Part shown: positions 38,431 to 51,829 of the stretch, piece by piece | How positions within the stretch are numbered: position 1 is the stretch's first letter | How the letters are laid out: each line of letters begins with the position of its first letter | Source: Lama guanicoe | Lineage: Eukaryota | Direction: 5' to 3' | Length of the DNA stretch: 64,000 nucleotides | Assembly: GCA_013239625.1 (NCBI GenBank) | Contig: MU053557.1 | Location: 5,281,842-5,345,841 of the forward strand | The notes under the pieces: generated by a model | Told to the model about the DNA's origin: nothing | The model's database searches: none | Seen by the model: the letters and a program-made list of their open reading frames with translations, nothing else | Position numbers and translations under genes: made by a program

Positions 38431-40797
38431 AAGCCGTTCATTTTATTCCCACCCTGATTATTCTCCCCAGAATGTACTTCCCTAGCTGCAGTGGGAGGTT
38501 GAGCTGGGTAGTAGTTGGGGTCTTCCTTGGCCCCTGCTCGCTGATGTACAGCAGGTCTGTCAGATGACCTTATTTCCTGTGCTTTTGCATGAAAGAGCCG
38601 AATCAATCCTTGTCTCCTTCAGGTTCTGTTTTTACTTTGCCTTTCTTTTTCATTTTACGTCTTTTTCCCCTCTTTGATTGAAATAACTTTTGAGCCATTC
38701 TTTTTCTGAGGTCAAATTCATGACATGAAAACATTTTTTTTTCTTAGCTACTTGTCCCCCATCTTGACTTGCTAAGTCATAATTTTTTCCCCTAAAGGTT
38801 TTTTCCCAGAATTACCATGTTAAATACTGTGATTTCTAAATCTCATAGGAGCAGAATAAGTGGATGTGAGAAGGAAAAGGGTAACATTTTACCATTGGTG
38901 CACTTAATATTTTAGAGATAAAAATGACTTTGGTTATTAGCTAGTTCAGCTCCCAAGTTTCCAGCTGAGGATAAACAGATTCAAGAGAAGTGACTTGTTA
39001 CGTTCACATAGCTAATTATGCCAGCGCCTTTTCTACTAAACCACACTTCTCAGGCATTGCTGTGCTATTTAGCTGCAGAATCTTAAAATTTCTTGAGTTC
39101 TGATTTCTGAAGCAGCAAGTATAAATAGTTTCTAAAAGCTCCAAATGTGTCCATGCCAGTCAGGAAATGACTCACCTTTTCTTACATTGTTCTAGAGTTT
39201 ATACTGGCTAAATTTAGTCCAAGAAACATGTGGCACAATTCCCAGTGAGTTGGGTGGAACAAAAGGTGGTATAGAAGGGTCTTTAGCTCAAGGCCTCACT
39301 CCTGTGGGCTCTCTGATAGCAGTAATTGAGGTCCCTGAGCGATCCATTGGTAGTATTTTGCCTTCTATCCTGAAAGAAAGTGACATTGAAAAAGGGTAGG
39401 CTGAGTTAGGAAATGTGAGATCAGCAGCTAGAGTTTTTCACTCTGATTGCTTAAATTATACAGTCTTCCTGCAAAGAATTTTTGTCTATATAGTCTACTT
39501 GGTGGGTAATCTTTTGCTCAAAGATCTTGTCCCGGAGGATTAGTTTAACTTGTCTCTTGTTTTCCTGCTGACTCTTTCCTCTTCAGCAGTCAATAAAGTA
39601 AGCTCAGTGCAGTTTACTTGAAATTCTTCTTGTCCTCATGGGCTGTTATTGTGTGTTAGAGTCTGAGAATGTTACATTGGAGATTTCTTAAGGTTGTCTC
39701 TGTAGGTTCTTAACCAGAGACAGCATGTTCTCTGGGGGGCTGTCAAAATGGAAGGGCTTTTTGGTAGTTAGTCGGTGACTGAGGGTTAATACTGAAATGT
39801 CATGGCATGGGCCGCAGATGCTAAACCTCCTGCAAAGTACAGGGGGATCCTGCCCCTTCATTTGAAGAATTGGGCTGCCCAAAAGGTCTTGCTGCTGACA
39901 GACACAGAGCTCTCCTATTCCATAATGGGAACGTAAGTAGTTAGGTGTGAAACAGAGCCTAGAGAGAACCTTGCTTTTGTGTTTTGTCTTCTAGTTTTTA
40001 GTGCCTTTTTTCTATTCATATGGACAAAAAAAAGCCTTTGAGACCTATCCCGAAGACAACCAGTGTTTAAAAAAAAAAGTTTTAATTGTATGTGTGTGTG
40101 TAGATATATGTTTGTGAAAGTCCAGTCTGTCAGAGATAGCAGCTGATATTTTTAGTGAGTTTAAATATTTTTCAGCACTTAATTAATATGTATGATTACA
40201 TACTGTAATCATGTCTGAGCTAATTTGACCCAGTGAGAAGTTTGTGGCATATGTGTAAACCAACTTTACAGTGACTTTTAGGACTCAACTGAAAGAATCT
40301 GAAACAATAGATAGGAGTTTTGCTTAGTGGAGTTGGAAGCATTGTCTGTTCATGTGAGATTGTGACTACATTGGGATTAAGTAAATCTCATAAAGGGACC
40401 ATCAAAGTAAACATCTTAGGACTTCAGGGTCCAGTATGGCAGTATGTCATCCTCTTTCCAGACATAGAGAAATAGGCTTTGAATAATCAAAGGTCAAGGT
40501 ACAAAATGTCAGCATTGGTTTGCTGAAATCTAAAGAGACATTAAGAAATTTGTTAGGAGAACAGTTTTATCCTAACTCAGACCTTGAATGCTATGATGAA
40601 AGGGGCTTGGAGTCAGAAGACTTAGATTCAGAAAGTTTTATACTTGGGACCTTAAGTTAGGGTCTTCCTTTCTTGGCCTCAGCTTCTTATTTGTTGCCCA
40701 TATGTTACCGTTATGAGGATCAAATGAGAGAGTATTTATGAATGTGTTGTCAGCTGTGAAATGCCAGAGGCATAAAAGGTATTCTTATTTTTTCTAG

Positions 40798-41216
40798 GAA
40801 AAGCCAACTAAAGTCAAAGTGGAATTGGCTTCTGGCAGCTCCTCCAAAGGCTCTGTGGTTAAAAGAAGTCAGCAGCCTGTCACCACTGAGCAGAATTCCC
40901 CTAAGGAAAATGCTTCGAAACTGACTCTGGAGAACTCAGAAGCTGTAAGCCAGCTCCTAAGTGTAGCTCCTCCAAGAGAAGTGGGTGAGGAGAATGAGTG
41001 GGAGGAAGTGATCATCTCAGATGCCCATGTTTTGGTCAAGGAAACTCCTGGGAATCGTGGTACAGCAGTCACTAAGACACCGGTGATCAAGAGTGGTGTG
41101 CAGCCTCAGGTCTCTCTGGGGACAACTGAGAGTGACAGTCCTGGACTAGACATGCCACTGCCAGCCGAGGGGACCAGCACCTCCAGTTCACTCCCTGCTC
41201 CTAAAAAGGCTATGGG
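40798..41216 (+). CDS. HMGXB3: HMGXB3 exon 7
   Basis: ttctag|gaa; EKPTKVKVELASG...EWEEVIISDAHVLVKE...KKAMG; gg|gtaaac; 419 nt. Confidence 0.9.
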
Positions 41217-41821
41217 GTAAACCAATGTGTTTATGTATTATAGGATTGTGTTTAGAATAGCATCTTGGAAAATGCCCTATGTTTGTTTTGTCCCATGTCC
41301 TTAGAGCGTTCCTGAGAGAGGCTGCAGAGCCCAATTAATGGTTCCTGTTGTTGAAATACCAAGGCCTGGAGACACTGATTTATTATAGAGTCTTGCAGTT
41401 ACTATAGCGACTTGCTGATACGGTCTGCGGGCGATGTTAACCAACCTAGTATCCAATCTTGGATACTAGATTTGGAAAGAGAAGCCTTATTAAGGTGTCT
41501 TGTAGAAATATTTCTGTTCTGGTGGTCAGAGAATTTAGTTCTGGTTGTGACTCTGTCCCAAACTTCTGTTTGACCGTGGGCATGGTCACCTCATGTCCAT
41601 TCTCTGCTCTGAAAAATCTTGAGTATTAAAAAAACCTTATCCTCAATGGCTGACCATACAGACTGAAAAAGATAGTGCGTGAAGCTTGCAGTCTAGCACC
41701 TTACAGAGAGGGCTATTTTTCCTCCTCGCCTTAAAGGCTTTCTCTCCTTAAATGCTTGACTGAATTCTCCATGTAGCCCCTTCCCAGAAGACTTATGATT
41801 TAAGGCTCTTATTTGTTCATA

Positions 41822-42010
41822 TCATTGGTTTTCAGTGGGGAACACTTTTGCCCCAGGGGACATCGTGGTAATGCTTAGAGACATTTTTGGTTGATAAAAT
41901 TTGGGGAGGGAGTGCCGCTGGCGCTAAGTGGGTAGAGGCCAGGGCTGCTGCTAAACGTCCCACAGTGTGCAGCCCAGCCCCCTGCAGTGGACAGTTATTT
42001 GGCCCAAAAT
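41822..42010. mobile_element. MER20 (hAT-Charlie)
   Basis: ttttgccccaggggacat...gagacatttttggttg...agtgggtagaggccagggctgctgctaaac. Confidence 0.8.
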
Positions 42011-42342
42011 AAAATTCTCATTTACATTATGGTGATTTAAAAGATTTTTGTTGTTAAATAGACAATATATTCACATGTTTCAAACTTGAAAGGTGTAAGG
42101 AAATCCCCCCCCCGCAAAAATGTCCTTTCTATCCCATCCTTCAGTGCTCCTTTCCCATTTCCGCAATATTCCCAACTTTCTGTGTTTCTAGAGATATTTT
42201 TAAGCATATTCAAACAAATGGATGTGTTTGTATACAAATAATGTTAAATTTAAAAAGATAGAATGTTCAGTTATGTATGTTACTCTTCCATTTGTGTAAA
42301 GAAAGGTAGGGAAATATATACACACACAAGTGTATACTTACA

Positions 42343-42548
42343 CAGTTGACTCTTGAACAAACACGAATTTGAACTGCAGAGGTCCATTACACCTGGGGGT
42401 GTTATCCCCAGTAAATACTACAGCACTACACGATCTGCTGTTAGTTGAATCCACACGGTGCGGCCCCTCCGCTATGGAGGGCTAACTGAGGTTACAGACT
42501 TTGTACAGGGGTCAGTGCCCCTAATACATGCTGTTCAAGAGTCAGATG
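42343..42548. mobile_element. Tigger2/MER8-like MITE with both terminal inverted repeats
   Basis: Left TIR cagttgactcttgaaca, right TIR tgttcaagagtcagatg (15/17 complementary). Internal tttgaactgcagaggtcca. Confidence 0.75.
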
Positions 42549-43231
42549 TGTATGTATATACTTGTGTGTGTGTGTATTTCCCTACCTTTCTTTACATAAA
42601 TGGAAGCGTTAACATACGTAACAACATCCTGTCTTTTTTAAATTTAACAATATACTTTGAGATGATTCTGTGTCCTTAGAGAATGAAGCCATGCACTTTA
42701 GACCTTTTGTTTTGGGCACATGAATCACTTTAACAAATATATTTTGAGGCCTTCTGTGATGCAGGCTTTACCCTCAACACTGGAGGTGCAAAGATGAAGA
42801 AAACATGGACCTCATCCTCCAGGGTCTCTTAGCTGCCCTCATGTGGGAGACTTTACACTTGAAATACTCGGGCTGATTAGAGGCAGGTTAGATGTTATAA
42901 CTACAATAGCAGTTGATGTTCTTCACTGTAGGCACTGTTTTGCACTTTTTTATCTTCATAATGACCCCATGAAGTACATGTAATTACTGTCCTATTTTGC
43001 ATGTTAGAAACTTGAGGTAAACAGAATGAAATTCTTGTTCAGGGTTACACAGCTACTTAATGGTTTAATTTTAACCCAGTATATCTAAAGCCTTAGATAG
43101 CTGACAGTTAACTTGACAGTTGAATCAAGACACTGTTCCTCTAATAAAGTTCTATCTGAAGATAGTGCTTTGGTTTTCTTCTCCTTAGTCTGGAATTTCT
43201 AAGAGAGTCCCCCCCCCCTTTTTTTTTCCAG

Positions 43232-43407
43232 AGTTGACGTGCTCACCCCTGGGCCCAGAGCCCCAGAGCTTAAAGGCAGAGCACGGGGCAAGCCCTCATT
43301 ACTGGCTGCAGCAAGACCCATGAGAGCAATTCTGCCAGCTCCAGCTAATGTGGGCCGAGGCAGCAGCATGGGACTGCCCAGGGCCAGGCAGGCCTTCCCC
43401 CTGAGTG
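43232..43407 (+). CDS. HMGXB3: HMGXB3 exon 8
   Basis: ttccag|a; VDVLTPGPRAPELKGRARGKPSLLAAARPMRAILPAP...; g|gtaagg; 176 nt. Confidence 0.9.
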
Positions 43408-43544
43408 GTAAGGGCTGGGACAGACCCGGGAGGAGGGGCTGTCTAATGGGAAGGGGGCAGGAGTGGGGGTTGAGCATGGAGATGAGAGACTTAGGGAGAC
43501 TCTGAATGCACTTAAGTCACCAGTTTGGCTCCTGGTTGTCTCAG

Positions 43545-43642
43545 ATAAGACTCCCTCTGTGAGGACTTGTGGCCTGAAGCCAAGCACGCTGAAGCAGTTG
43601 GGCCAGCCCATCCAACAGCCATCTAACACTGGTGAGGTGAAG
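43545..43642 (+). CDS. HMGXB3: HMGXB3 exon 9
   Basis: tctcag|at; DKTPSVRTCGLKPSTLKQLGQPIQQPSNTGEVK; aag|gtaaga; 98 nt restores phase 0. Confidence 0.9.
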
Positions 43643-45725
43643 GTAAGACCCATTCCACAGAGGGGGAGCTGTCCGGGGGGCCTGGCTGCTCCGAGAACAG
43701 GGCCTCCATTGAGGGTCTCAAAGCCATAGGCAAAAAGCCTATTCTTAGACTGGTAGAACTCTGGGAGGAGGTTTAGCATGAATGAGTTATCTATTTTTTA
43801 ATTAATTTCCTTTCCTTGTTGTAAAAATGAGTGCATGTTTGTGAACTTTTATTTGGAAATAATTTAAAACAAAAAAAAGTTGCAAGAATAAGAATAGTAC
43901 AAAGAGCACTCATGTACTCTTTACTTAGTCACCTGTTGTTAACATGTTAGCCTGTTTTGCATTATTTGTGCTCGTGTGTCTTCCCTATTGGGTGTGTGTA
44001 TGTGTGTATGTATAAAATACACATAATTTTAGGGTAAGTAACATGACTTTATTTTTTAATGCTTCAATGTGAATTTCCAAAGAATAGAGAGATTCTGTTA
44101 CTGAAACATTGATATGATACTTTATCATTTGTATTTCAGTTTTGTCATCTTTTACTCAGTTATGTCCTTTAAAGCATTCTCTACTCCAATGCAGGGTCCA
44201 GTCTAGGATTAGATACTGCATTTAGTTGTCCTGTCTCCTTAGCCGTCATTTTTAAAAAGTGAATGTATCGTTGTAGAAAATATAGAAAATTTAGGTAAGG
44301 CAGAAAGAAAATAAATTCCTTGTGATCCATCCTGCCTCCCAGAAATAACTATTATTGACAGTTTGGTGTGTGCTCATTCAGCCTTCAAGTCTTTTTCCTG
44401 CATTTGTGTGTGTTTATTTTTTAAATATAATTTTTTAAACCTAAAAGCATGGCTGTTATTCCATGTACCGGGTTTTAACCAGTGCAGTTCATTCCATTTA
44501 ATGATAGAGTTATTAAAGATTTCCCAGGTGTCAGAGTTGCATGTATTCAAGCACATTTATGATTAGTGTGTTTTTTTTCTTTTTTAGTTCTTTTGCCATA
44601 TGTGGCTGGAAGAGTTAACGATCAAAATTCCCTAAATCAGCACTTTTCTGACCATGACCCTCAGTAAGAAACACATTTTTACATTAGAGGCCAGTCAACA
44701 TATACATACATCTACACATAAAGAGTTTAATGAAGCTATGCCCATATTATATGCAGTCAGTTTTCCATTTCTTTTTGCAAAATACTGGTTTCAGCCCATT
44801 AATTTTACCACCCCTCAGTTTGGAATTGGAAACCCTGTGATGGACCAAACTAGAATAGGAAAATTGGTCTGCCCTCTCCCTTGCCATGGGCTCTGGCCAG
44901 GTAACTTCTTTTATTTGTTAGTTCTCAATTTGCCCCAACAAGAATATTAGTCAGCTTCTATTTTGAAGGTGGATCTCTTTTTACTCAGATGTGGTGTCAG
45001 CACTGGGTGCATGTGTGATCTTGACGTATAGAAGGATGGTAATCTCTTCTGCTTCAACTGCTTCCTAGATTTTCCAGCCCTCGTCACATATGTAAACTCC
45101 TGTTCTTCTCTGTAAATAGTTTCCTTTTTGATTTGGCAACGTTGGGTATATGTTAAAAGCCATAAGCCCTTTTGCTAGTCTTAAACCATGTAAGTTAAAT
45201 GAAGTCTTATATTCTAAAAATCAACTTAAATTCAGTATTATGGAATAATTATTTTTAATTTAGAATGCTTCATCTTTTTATATTATATAAATAATATCTG
45301 TATTCCATGTAGAACATTTGAAAAGTTTATAGTGTGGTAAAATGGGAAGCAACCATGATCTCCCTCTCACCCTGTGACACTTCAGTGAGTAATCTTTAAT
45401 ACCCCTTTATGTCAGCAGTATTCAACCACATATTGGTGTATAGAGCGATTACATGCTTTTATCTTGACAGCAGTTGTGAATCTGATTAGTATTGTTTCTA
45501 ATGTGCAGTGTTAGAAGCTGTGCAGAAGGGTATGGCAACCCCTGGACTTGAAAGTGACACTCAACCTTTGGTGGGCTGGTAACTGCTGACTAACATCCCA
45601 GAACACTCATTTGGAGCATAGCTCACAAATGCCTGGCAACTGTATCCTCAAGCCATTTCAGGACATAAGGCCTCAGGAGTTTGACTGAGGTTCACAAGCA
45701 CTAAATAATTTGTTCTGATCCACAG

Positions 45726-45824
45726 CTACCAAATGGCCCGGGCAACAGGACATCTCAGGTGAAAGTTGTAGAGGTCAAGCCTGATATGTTTCCTCCATAT
45801 AAGTACAGCTGTACTGTCACACTG
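45726..45824 (+). CDS. HMGXB3: HMGXB3 exon 10
   Basis: cacag|cta; LPNGPGNRTSQVKVVEVKPDMFPPYKYSCTVTL; ctg|gtaagt; 99 nt, phase 0-0. Confidence 0.88.
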
Positions 45825-47351
45825 GTAAGTGCAACGAGCTGCTGGGTTGACGTAGAAATGGTTTGATTTTGTGGTTGAGGGTGAGTAGGAGTTTGAGGTG
45901 GATGGGGAGTGAGTGGTATTTGGGAGCAAGAGGAGGGTCAGGGTTAGATCGTTGACTCTATCCTACCTTCTGAGTCAGTCAGCTGGGTGGTTTTTCCCAG
46001 GTGAGATTTGTAAAGCCTGTGCCAGCTGAGACCAGGATATTTCTGTTGAGAATAGTCAGAGGTGAGATTCCAGTCCATCTTCAACATTCACCAGTCTTTG
46101 GACCTTTTAGCCTCAGAGTGTGTTCCACAAATAAGTTTGTGAAGTGTACTTTTTCTCCCTAAAACAGAGTCACATTCAATACTAGTGTCTTAAAGGATTT
46201 GAGAAGTGCTTTAGTAAAGCAGCTTATTTTGTTTAGCTTGGCATTTCCCATCAAGGTTTTCCCTCCCCCACTTTTATTTTTAACATAACACATATTAACA
46301 TCCCAGTAAATGAATGTGTGACTCTGGGGTCACCCTTCTGCAGTGTAAGCAGCATGGAGCAGTGGAATAAACACTACATGTTGAAAGACCTAGTCCAAAA
46401 GTGGTTCTGGCTCTGCTGTTAGCATGCCACATGACCTTGGGCAAGGCTCTCTCCTTCCCTGGTCCTCAGTTTTCACTGCCTGTAAAATACTGTGTTGGTT
46501 TAGATACCATGTTGGGGCTCCTCTTGCTCAACATTGTCTATTTTGTTGATCCTTAAGGTACCATCCAGCCAGGTACCTTTTGGCAGCTTCCCTTGCTGAG
46601 TTGAGTAAGGTGCACAGATTTTGAGAAAGCAGCTGGATTTCTTAAAACTCAAAAACTATTGAGCACCTGCTCCATGCCATGCCCTGTGTGCTGGGGATCC
46701 AGTAGGAGCAAGAGAGCACAGTATGGTTGGGTTCGTGCCTCATCTGGCCTGCTCCTTGAGGAGAATGTCTCTCATCCTGGAGAGCTGCTCAGGCTTCTTT
46801 TTCCAAAGACCTACTTACTACCTCCTCTGTGCCATCCGTACCTTCAGTGCTCTTCCCTTTAGCTGTGGGGGACTGCTGGGGATAGCATCTAGTGGAAACT
46901 GCCCAAGACCCTCTCTCTGATGAAACAGCAATTTGTCCTAGGATCCTCGATGCCAGAGCTTTGAGCTTAGATAGTTCAGAAGTCAAAATCTGTCTTTAGG
47001 CGGAGCTTGAAATCTTTAGTTCACCAGTCTCTGGTACTCTCCGTTAGAATAGCCTGCTTCACTCTGCTGATTGCCTGGACCCTGAAGGTATTGAATTTCT
47101 GACCCTTGAGATTCAACTCACTTGTTTCACAGATAGGGAATGACTTGCCCAAGTTATTTAGGCTGCATTAAGGCTGAAAGGGGATAGCTGCAGAAAAGGA
47201 ATCTTGCTTCAAGGCTCTTTGGAGGTTAGTCTGAGTCTGGGATTGCAGTTGCCACTCTCCTCTGTTTTACCAGTAGCGGGTCATCCTGATTCTTGGCTCT
47301 GCCCAGTTCTAAGTTGACTTATAGAACTGAACCGTGGTCTTACTTTTTTAG

Positions 47352-47501
47352 GATTTGGGCCTGGCTACATCAAGAGGCCGGGGAAAGTGCAAGAATCCCT
47401 CTTGTAGCTATGTCTACACCAACCGGCATAAACCGCGGATTTGTCCCAGCTGTGGTTTTAACCTTGCCAAAGACCGGACTGAGAAAACCACCAAGGTTCT
47501 T
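47352..47501 (+). CDS. HMGXB3: HMGXB3 exon 11 (C4 zinc-ribbon-like repeat 2)
   Basis: ttttag|gat; DLGLATSRGRGKCKNPSCSYVYTNRHKPRICPSCGFNLAKDRTEKTTKVL; ctt|gtgagt; 150 nt. Confidence 0.92.
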
Positions 47502-50500
47502 GTGAGTTCCTTCCCTAAACACACCCTCCAGCCTTGGGTTGCATTCTTGTAGCAGACCTACTGTAGTAGAAATAAAAGGATTTCTCAGTACACAATGGTA
47601 GTTAAAGCACCAGAACTAGGACCAGGTTATAGGTTTTGAACATAGACCCTCTGCTTTCTGGGCTTCCTTATCCTCTTTGCTAAGGTGAGGGGGTTAACCA
47701 GATACCTTGATATCTGAGAACCTTCTAGCTCAGTGGACCAAGAGTTCATTCACACACACCCCCCTCCCCGTGCCAAAACAAACAAACAAACAAACAAAAA
47801 AACCCCAAAACTAGACAAGATGGGACTTAAAGAGGGTTCTGAGGAAGAGAGAGGTAGAAGGGTTACATCCTTTTAGCTCTGAGGCTGGTGGAGTCCCTGT
47901 AAGTACTGTTTTGATAGAGAGTGCCAACCTCAGGACTTTGTAGATTAGACTGCAACTTCTCAGGTTCCTTGCAGAGCGTTGGCGAACCACAGGGCTTTAC
48001 TTCAAGCAGTCTTGGCAGACCTGCTCCTGAAGCCAGACCAAACTGGATAGTAAAACACATTCCTCTTGGCTCCTTAGGGCTCGTTTTTTTGTTTGTTTGT
48101 TTACTTATTAGAACTGGGAAGGCTTGGCATTTTCAGAGGTCCTCTTAGTTTCCACGTGAGGTTTTTTAAGTGAACAGAAAGATACAGCACCTGTGACAAC
48201 AAACAGAAAGACTAGGATGAGGGTGAGAAGAGAGATCCCACTCCTCTGCCCTGGGAGGAAAGAGGATGGCACGCGAAACAGGTCAGGATCCAGATTTAAC
48301 CTGGATGTTGCAAGATGGACAGGATTTGGGTGGAAGGGGGAGACGTGCCGTACTCAAGGACACTCACGAGCAAAAGGGAAGCGTTAGGGAGTCCGGTGTT
48401 CCATTTGGTTAGAAGAGAGAGTGTATGCGGAGGAGTATGGAAAAGAAGGCTTCAAAGGCATGTTGGGGCCACATAATGAAAGATCTTTAGTGCTAACACT
48501 AGACTGTTTTTTAGACAGTGGGGTCACACTGAATGTCCATGAGTCAGGGAGAGACCCAGAAGGTTATGTCAGGAGGGAGACTTCCAGGGTTTGAGTGGAC
48601 GGGTCTAGAGAGGTGGGGAGAGAGAAGTTTTCTTTGCATACGGAGGAGAGGGGATTTCTGGCAGATGAATCTCACCCTTTGGTCTTCAGGTCTGTTTCTG
48701 TGGTTGAGGTGGTGTTCTGAGGTGGTCATCCTTATGGAAAAGGGAAGTGGAACCAAAGTATGTGGACTCTGATGGCTTAGTGGAAAAAACCCTGAGCCTA
48801 GAAATTGAGGGACCTGCTGGAGAGAGAAGTGCTCGCTTTCCCTCTCCTGAGTTTTAGATTCCCCATCAATAAAACAAGGCAGGCAAGGTGGATTAGGTCT
48901 GGGCGTTTTATTCTCATGGCCTTGAGCCCTAGAGAAGACTCAGAGTTGAGCACAGGGGAGTCTGTAAACCTCTGAAATGGCTTGTGAAATGGTTCCATAC
49001 CTTTCATCAGATTCTGTTGTTGCACCAGGTGACCTCTGCTGGCAGCGAGCTTTCCTCCTGCTTTCTCCACACCTTAAATGTGCTTCCCTTCGCATAGCAT
49101 TGACCACACCCTGTCTTGAGTCCCTCTTAGCTCTCCATGAAACTGTGATCCCTTGTAGGGCAGGTGTATCTGTTTCCTCCAAACTTCTAACCCTGGAGCT
49201 TGTGTATACAATGTGTTGATCAATAATTATCAGGTGAAATTGAGTTCTGTGTAGGAAGATGCTCTGAACAGTCCTTTCTCCTGTTTCATTGTGGCTGTTG
49301 ATGTGGCTTACAGTGTGCAAATGGGTGTTAGACTCCAGATCTGGGGTGATGAGGTGACTTAACTTTCCAGGTCAGACAGGAATTATCTAGGGACCTCTTG
49401 CCAATTGATTTCAGATCCCATTCTTATTTATATTCTTCTATCTTTGGCTCACTGTTAACTGCCTACCCCCATGACCTTCATCTTCAGATATTTGCTCACT
49501 TTCCAATTTTCTAAATTTTAGAGAAATAAAATGTAATTACTATTTGCCGCAAAACAAAATACTGGTTAGAAATTGCCTGGCTCTTTGGAGCCCCCTGATG
49601 GCCATACATTCCTGTGCAGTTTGTTGTCAGTGGCTGTAATTATGACTGAAACCTCTCTAGGCTGGAACAGTCTTGCATCCTTTCCATCTTCCATCTTCAG
49701 CTCAGAGCCAAAGGATAACGTGCCTGCCAACTTATGTTCCAGCCCATGGTTTATCATAGTCATGACTAGGAACACACAACCTCCCAGGGCAACTTGTTCT
49801 AATATCAGTTATCTCTTCTGCAGCCACTCATTCATTCTTTCAGTGAGCATGTATTGAATACCTACTGTGGGTCAGGCATTTGGTGATACAAAGATGAAAA
49901 GAACATAGCCCCTTCCCTCTTACAGTCTAGTATGGGAGAAAAGTAACCAAGTTGTTACAGACAGTGAGGCAAGAGTTGTTGTGGGTATACGGTTATAGAA
50001 AGCTCCTTGTTATTAAGCTATTAACTTGTACAAAGTAGCGTATAATATGTGTCCTGCAAATAAGAATTAGCATCTTCTGTGTGCCCACATGCTGGTGTTG
50101 GGAATCAGTAAATAAGCAGGGAAGGGGAGACCATGGTTTACCAACTGAGACATTGAAATCTACAGTAAAGGAATGGACTCTGGGAGCACAAGGGAGGGAG
50201 TGATTGATGCCGCATTTGCACAAGGGATCAGGGAGAAACCTCCATTGGAAAGGGACCCACCTGAGAAGGACCTGTTTCAGTGAGCATTTCAGAGCCTTGT
50301 TCCTGGAAGCCTCTGGTGTACAAAGTTGCCTTGTACCCAGAAGCCACACAATGTTAAAGATAAAAGCTTCAAGCTGTACAGGTACCTGATTATATACCCA
50401 AACTACCATTTATAGAGTTTTTGTTGCATAGTAAGTGCTTCACTTGCAATCTCTTGTTACTTTACAACAGCTCTAAGAGATTACTAGTACTTTGATCCTC

Positions 50501-50877
50501 CATTTCATAGTTGAGGAAATTGAGGCTCATAAAGATTAAGCAGATAGCTTTGGGTGACACATGTACAGCTTTTCATGGCATATCTGGTATTGAAACCCTG
50601 ATCTGTTATCCTCCAACCCCTTAACTTGGTGAGCGGGAGCTGACTCTTGAAACCATTACCAAGAGGTGTGTGTAATCCTCTGATTTTACTGGTAGAGAAG
50701 CCGAGTGCTGGAGAGAGAAAGCACCTACCATGAGTCACACAGTGAGTGAGTAGCTGAACTGGTTAGGAACCTAGGTTTCCCACCTCCTGGTCTTGAGCCC
50801 GGCCCTCTGTCCCTAGTAGCCTTTCATGATTTTAGCCCGAGGCTGACTCTTTGTGCCCTGGATTCACTCTCTTCCAG

Positions 50878-51179
50878 GAGGCGAGCTCACCCCTCCCGGA
50901 TGTGCTGAGTGCCACAGAGCCCCTGAGCGCGGCCCAGCGGGAGATCCAGCGTCAGTCAACACTGCAGCTGCTGCGCAAAGTCTTGCAGATTCCTGAGAAC
51001 GAGTCAGAGCTGGCTGAGGTCTTCGCCTTGATTCATGAACTCAATAGCTCTCGACTCGTCCTGTCCAACGTGAGTGAGGAGACGGTCACCATCGAGCAAA
51101 CCTCTTGGTCGAATTATTATGAGTCTCCGTCCACGCAGTGCCTTCTCTGTAGCAGCCCATTATTCAAAGGGGGACAAAA
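50878..51179 (+). CDS. HMGXB3: HMGXB3 exon 12
   Basis: ttccag|gag; EASSPLPDVLS...QRQSTLQLLRKVLQIPENESEL...QCLLCSSPLFKGGQ; aa|gtaagc; 302 nt. Confidence 0.92.
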
Positions 51180-51701
51180 GTAAGCACCCCCTTCAGATTT
51201 ACCCTTCCTTAGCTGCCCCATCTTACTTGGCCCACATTGCCCCTTTCTTCAAACAGCGTTAAAGCTATAACCTTTGAAGATGTCCTTCTCTGCTTTTCTT
51301 AGGTTTCCTTTACTTTTCCAGTTGCCAAAAATAATAATAATGATAATAATCAGTGATTATCCGCGATTTCTGTTCAAAGTGCCTGAAAGTTACTGTCACA
51401 AGCTTAGGATTTGTTTACGTCTGGACTACCTGGCATAATGCTGTATTTGGAAGTTTTATTGGGATTGGTTAAATTGGGTAATAAATTCAGAGCTATATTA
51501 ACTTTAGGGGTGATTCTATAGATCAGATTTCAACAAAGTGTGAAAACCCACCTGAAAAATCATTGGAACACAAGCTCCAACACCTGCGTTCACCTACTGC
51601 ATTTAAAGTTTGGAGAATTTTGCCATTGATCACTGAGTCCAGGAACTGTATTTAAAGAAGTTGATTTCCCTTCTGTTTTTTGTTGATGTTTTTGGTACTA
51701 G

Positions 51702-51829
51702 CTCCCTGGCGGGACCCCAGGAGTGCTGGCTGCTGACAGCCAGCTGGCTGCAGGTGGTGACTGCCCAGGTGAAGATGTGTCTGAATCCCCATTGTCTGGC
51801 CCTGCATAGCTTCATGGACATCTACACAG
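51702..51829 (+). CDS. HMGXB3: HMGXB3 exon 13 (Cys-cluster region)
   Basis: actag|c; SLAGPQECWLLTASWLQVVTAQVKMCLNPHCLALHSFMDIYT; g|gtgggt; 128 nt. Confidence 0.9.

Noticed and set aside
47860..50740. Cluster of 60-138 aa ORFs in HMGXB3 intron 11
   Set aside because: No recognisable domains or splice-consistent frames; they overlap L2/MIR-like decayed repeats, and exons 11 and 12 already join in phase.
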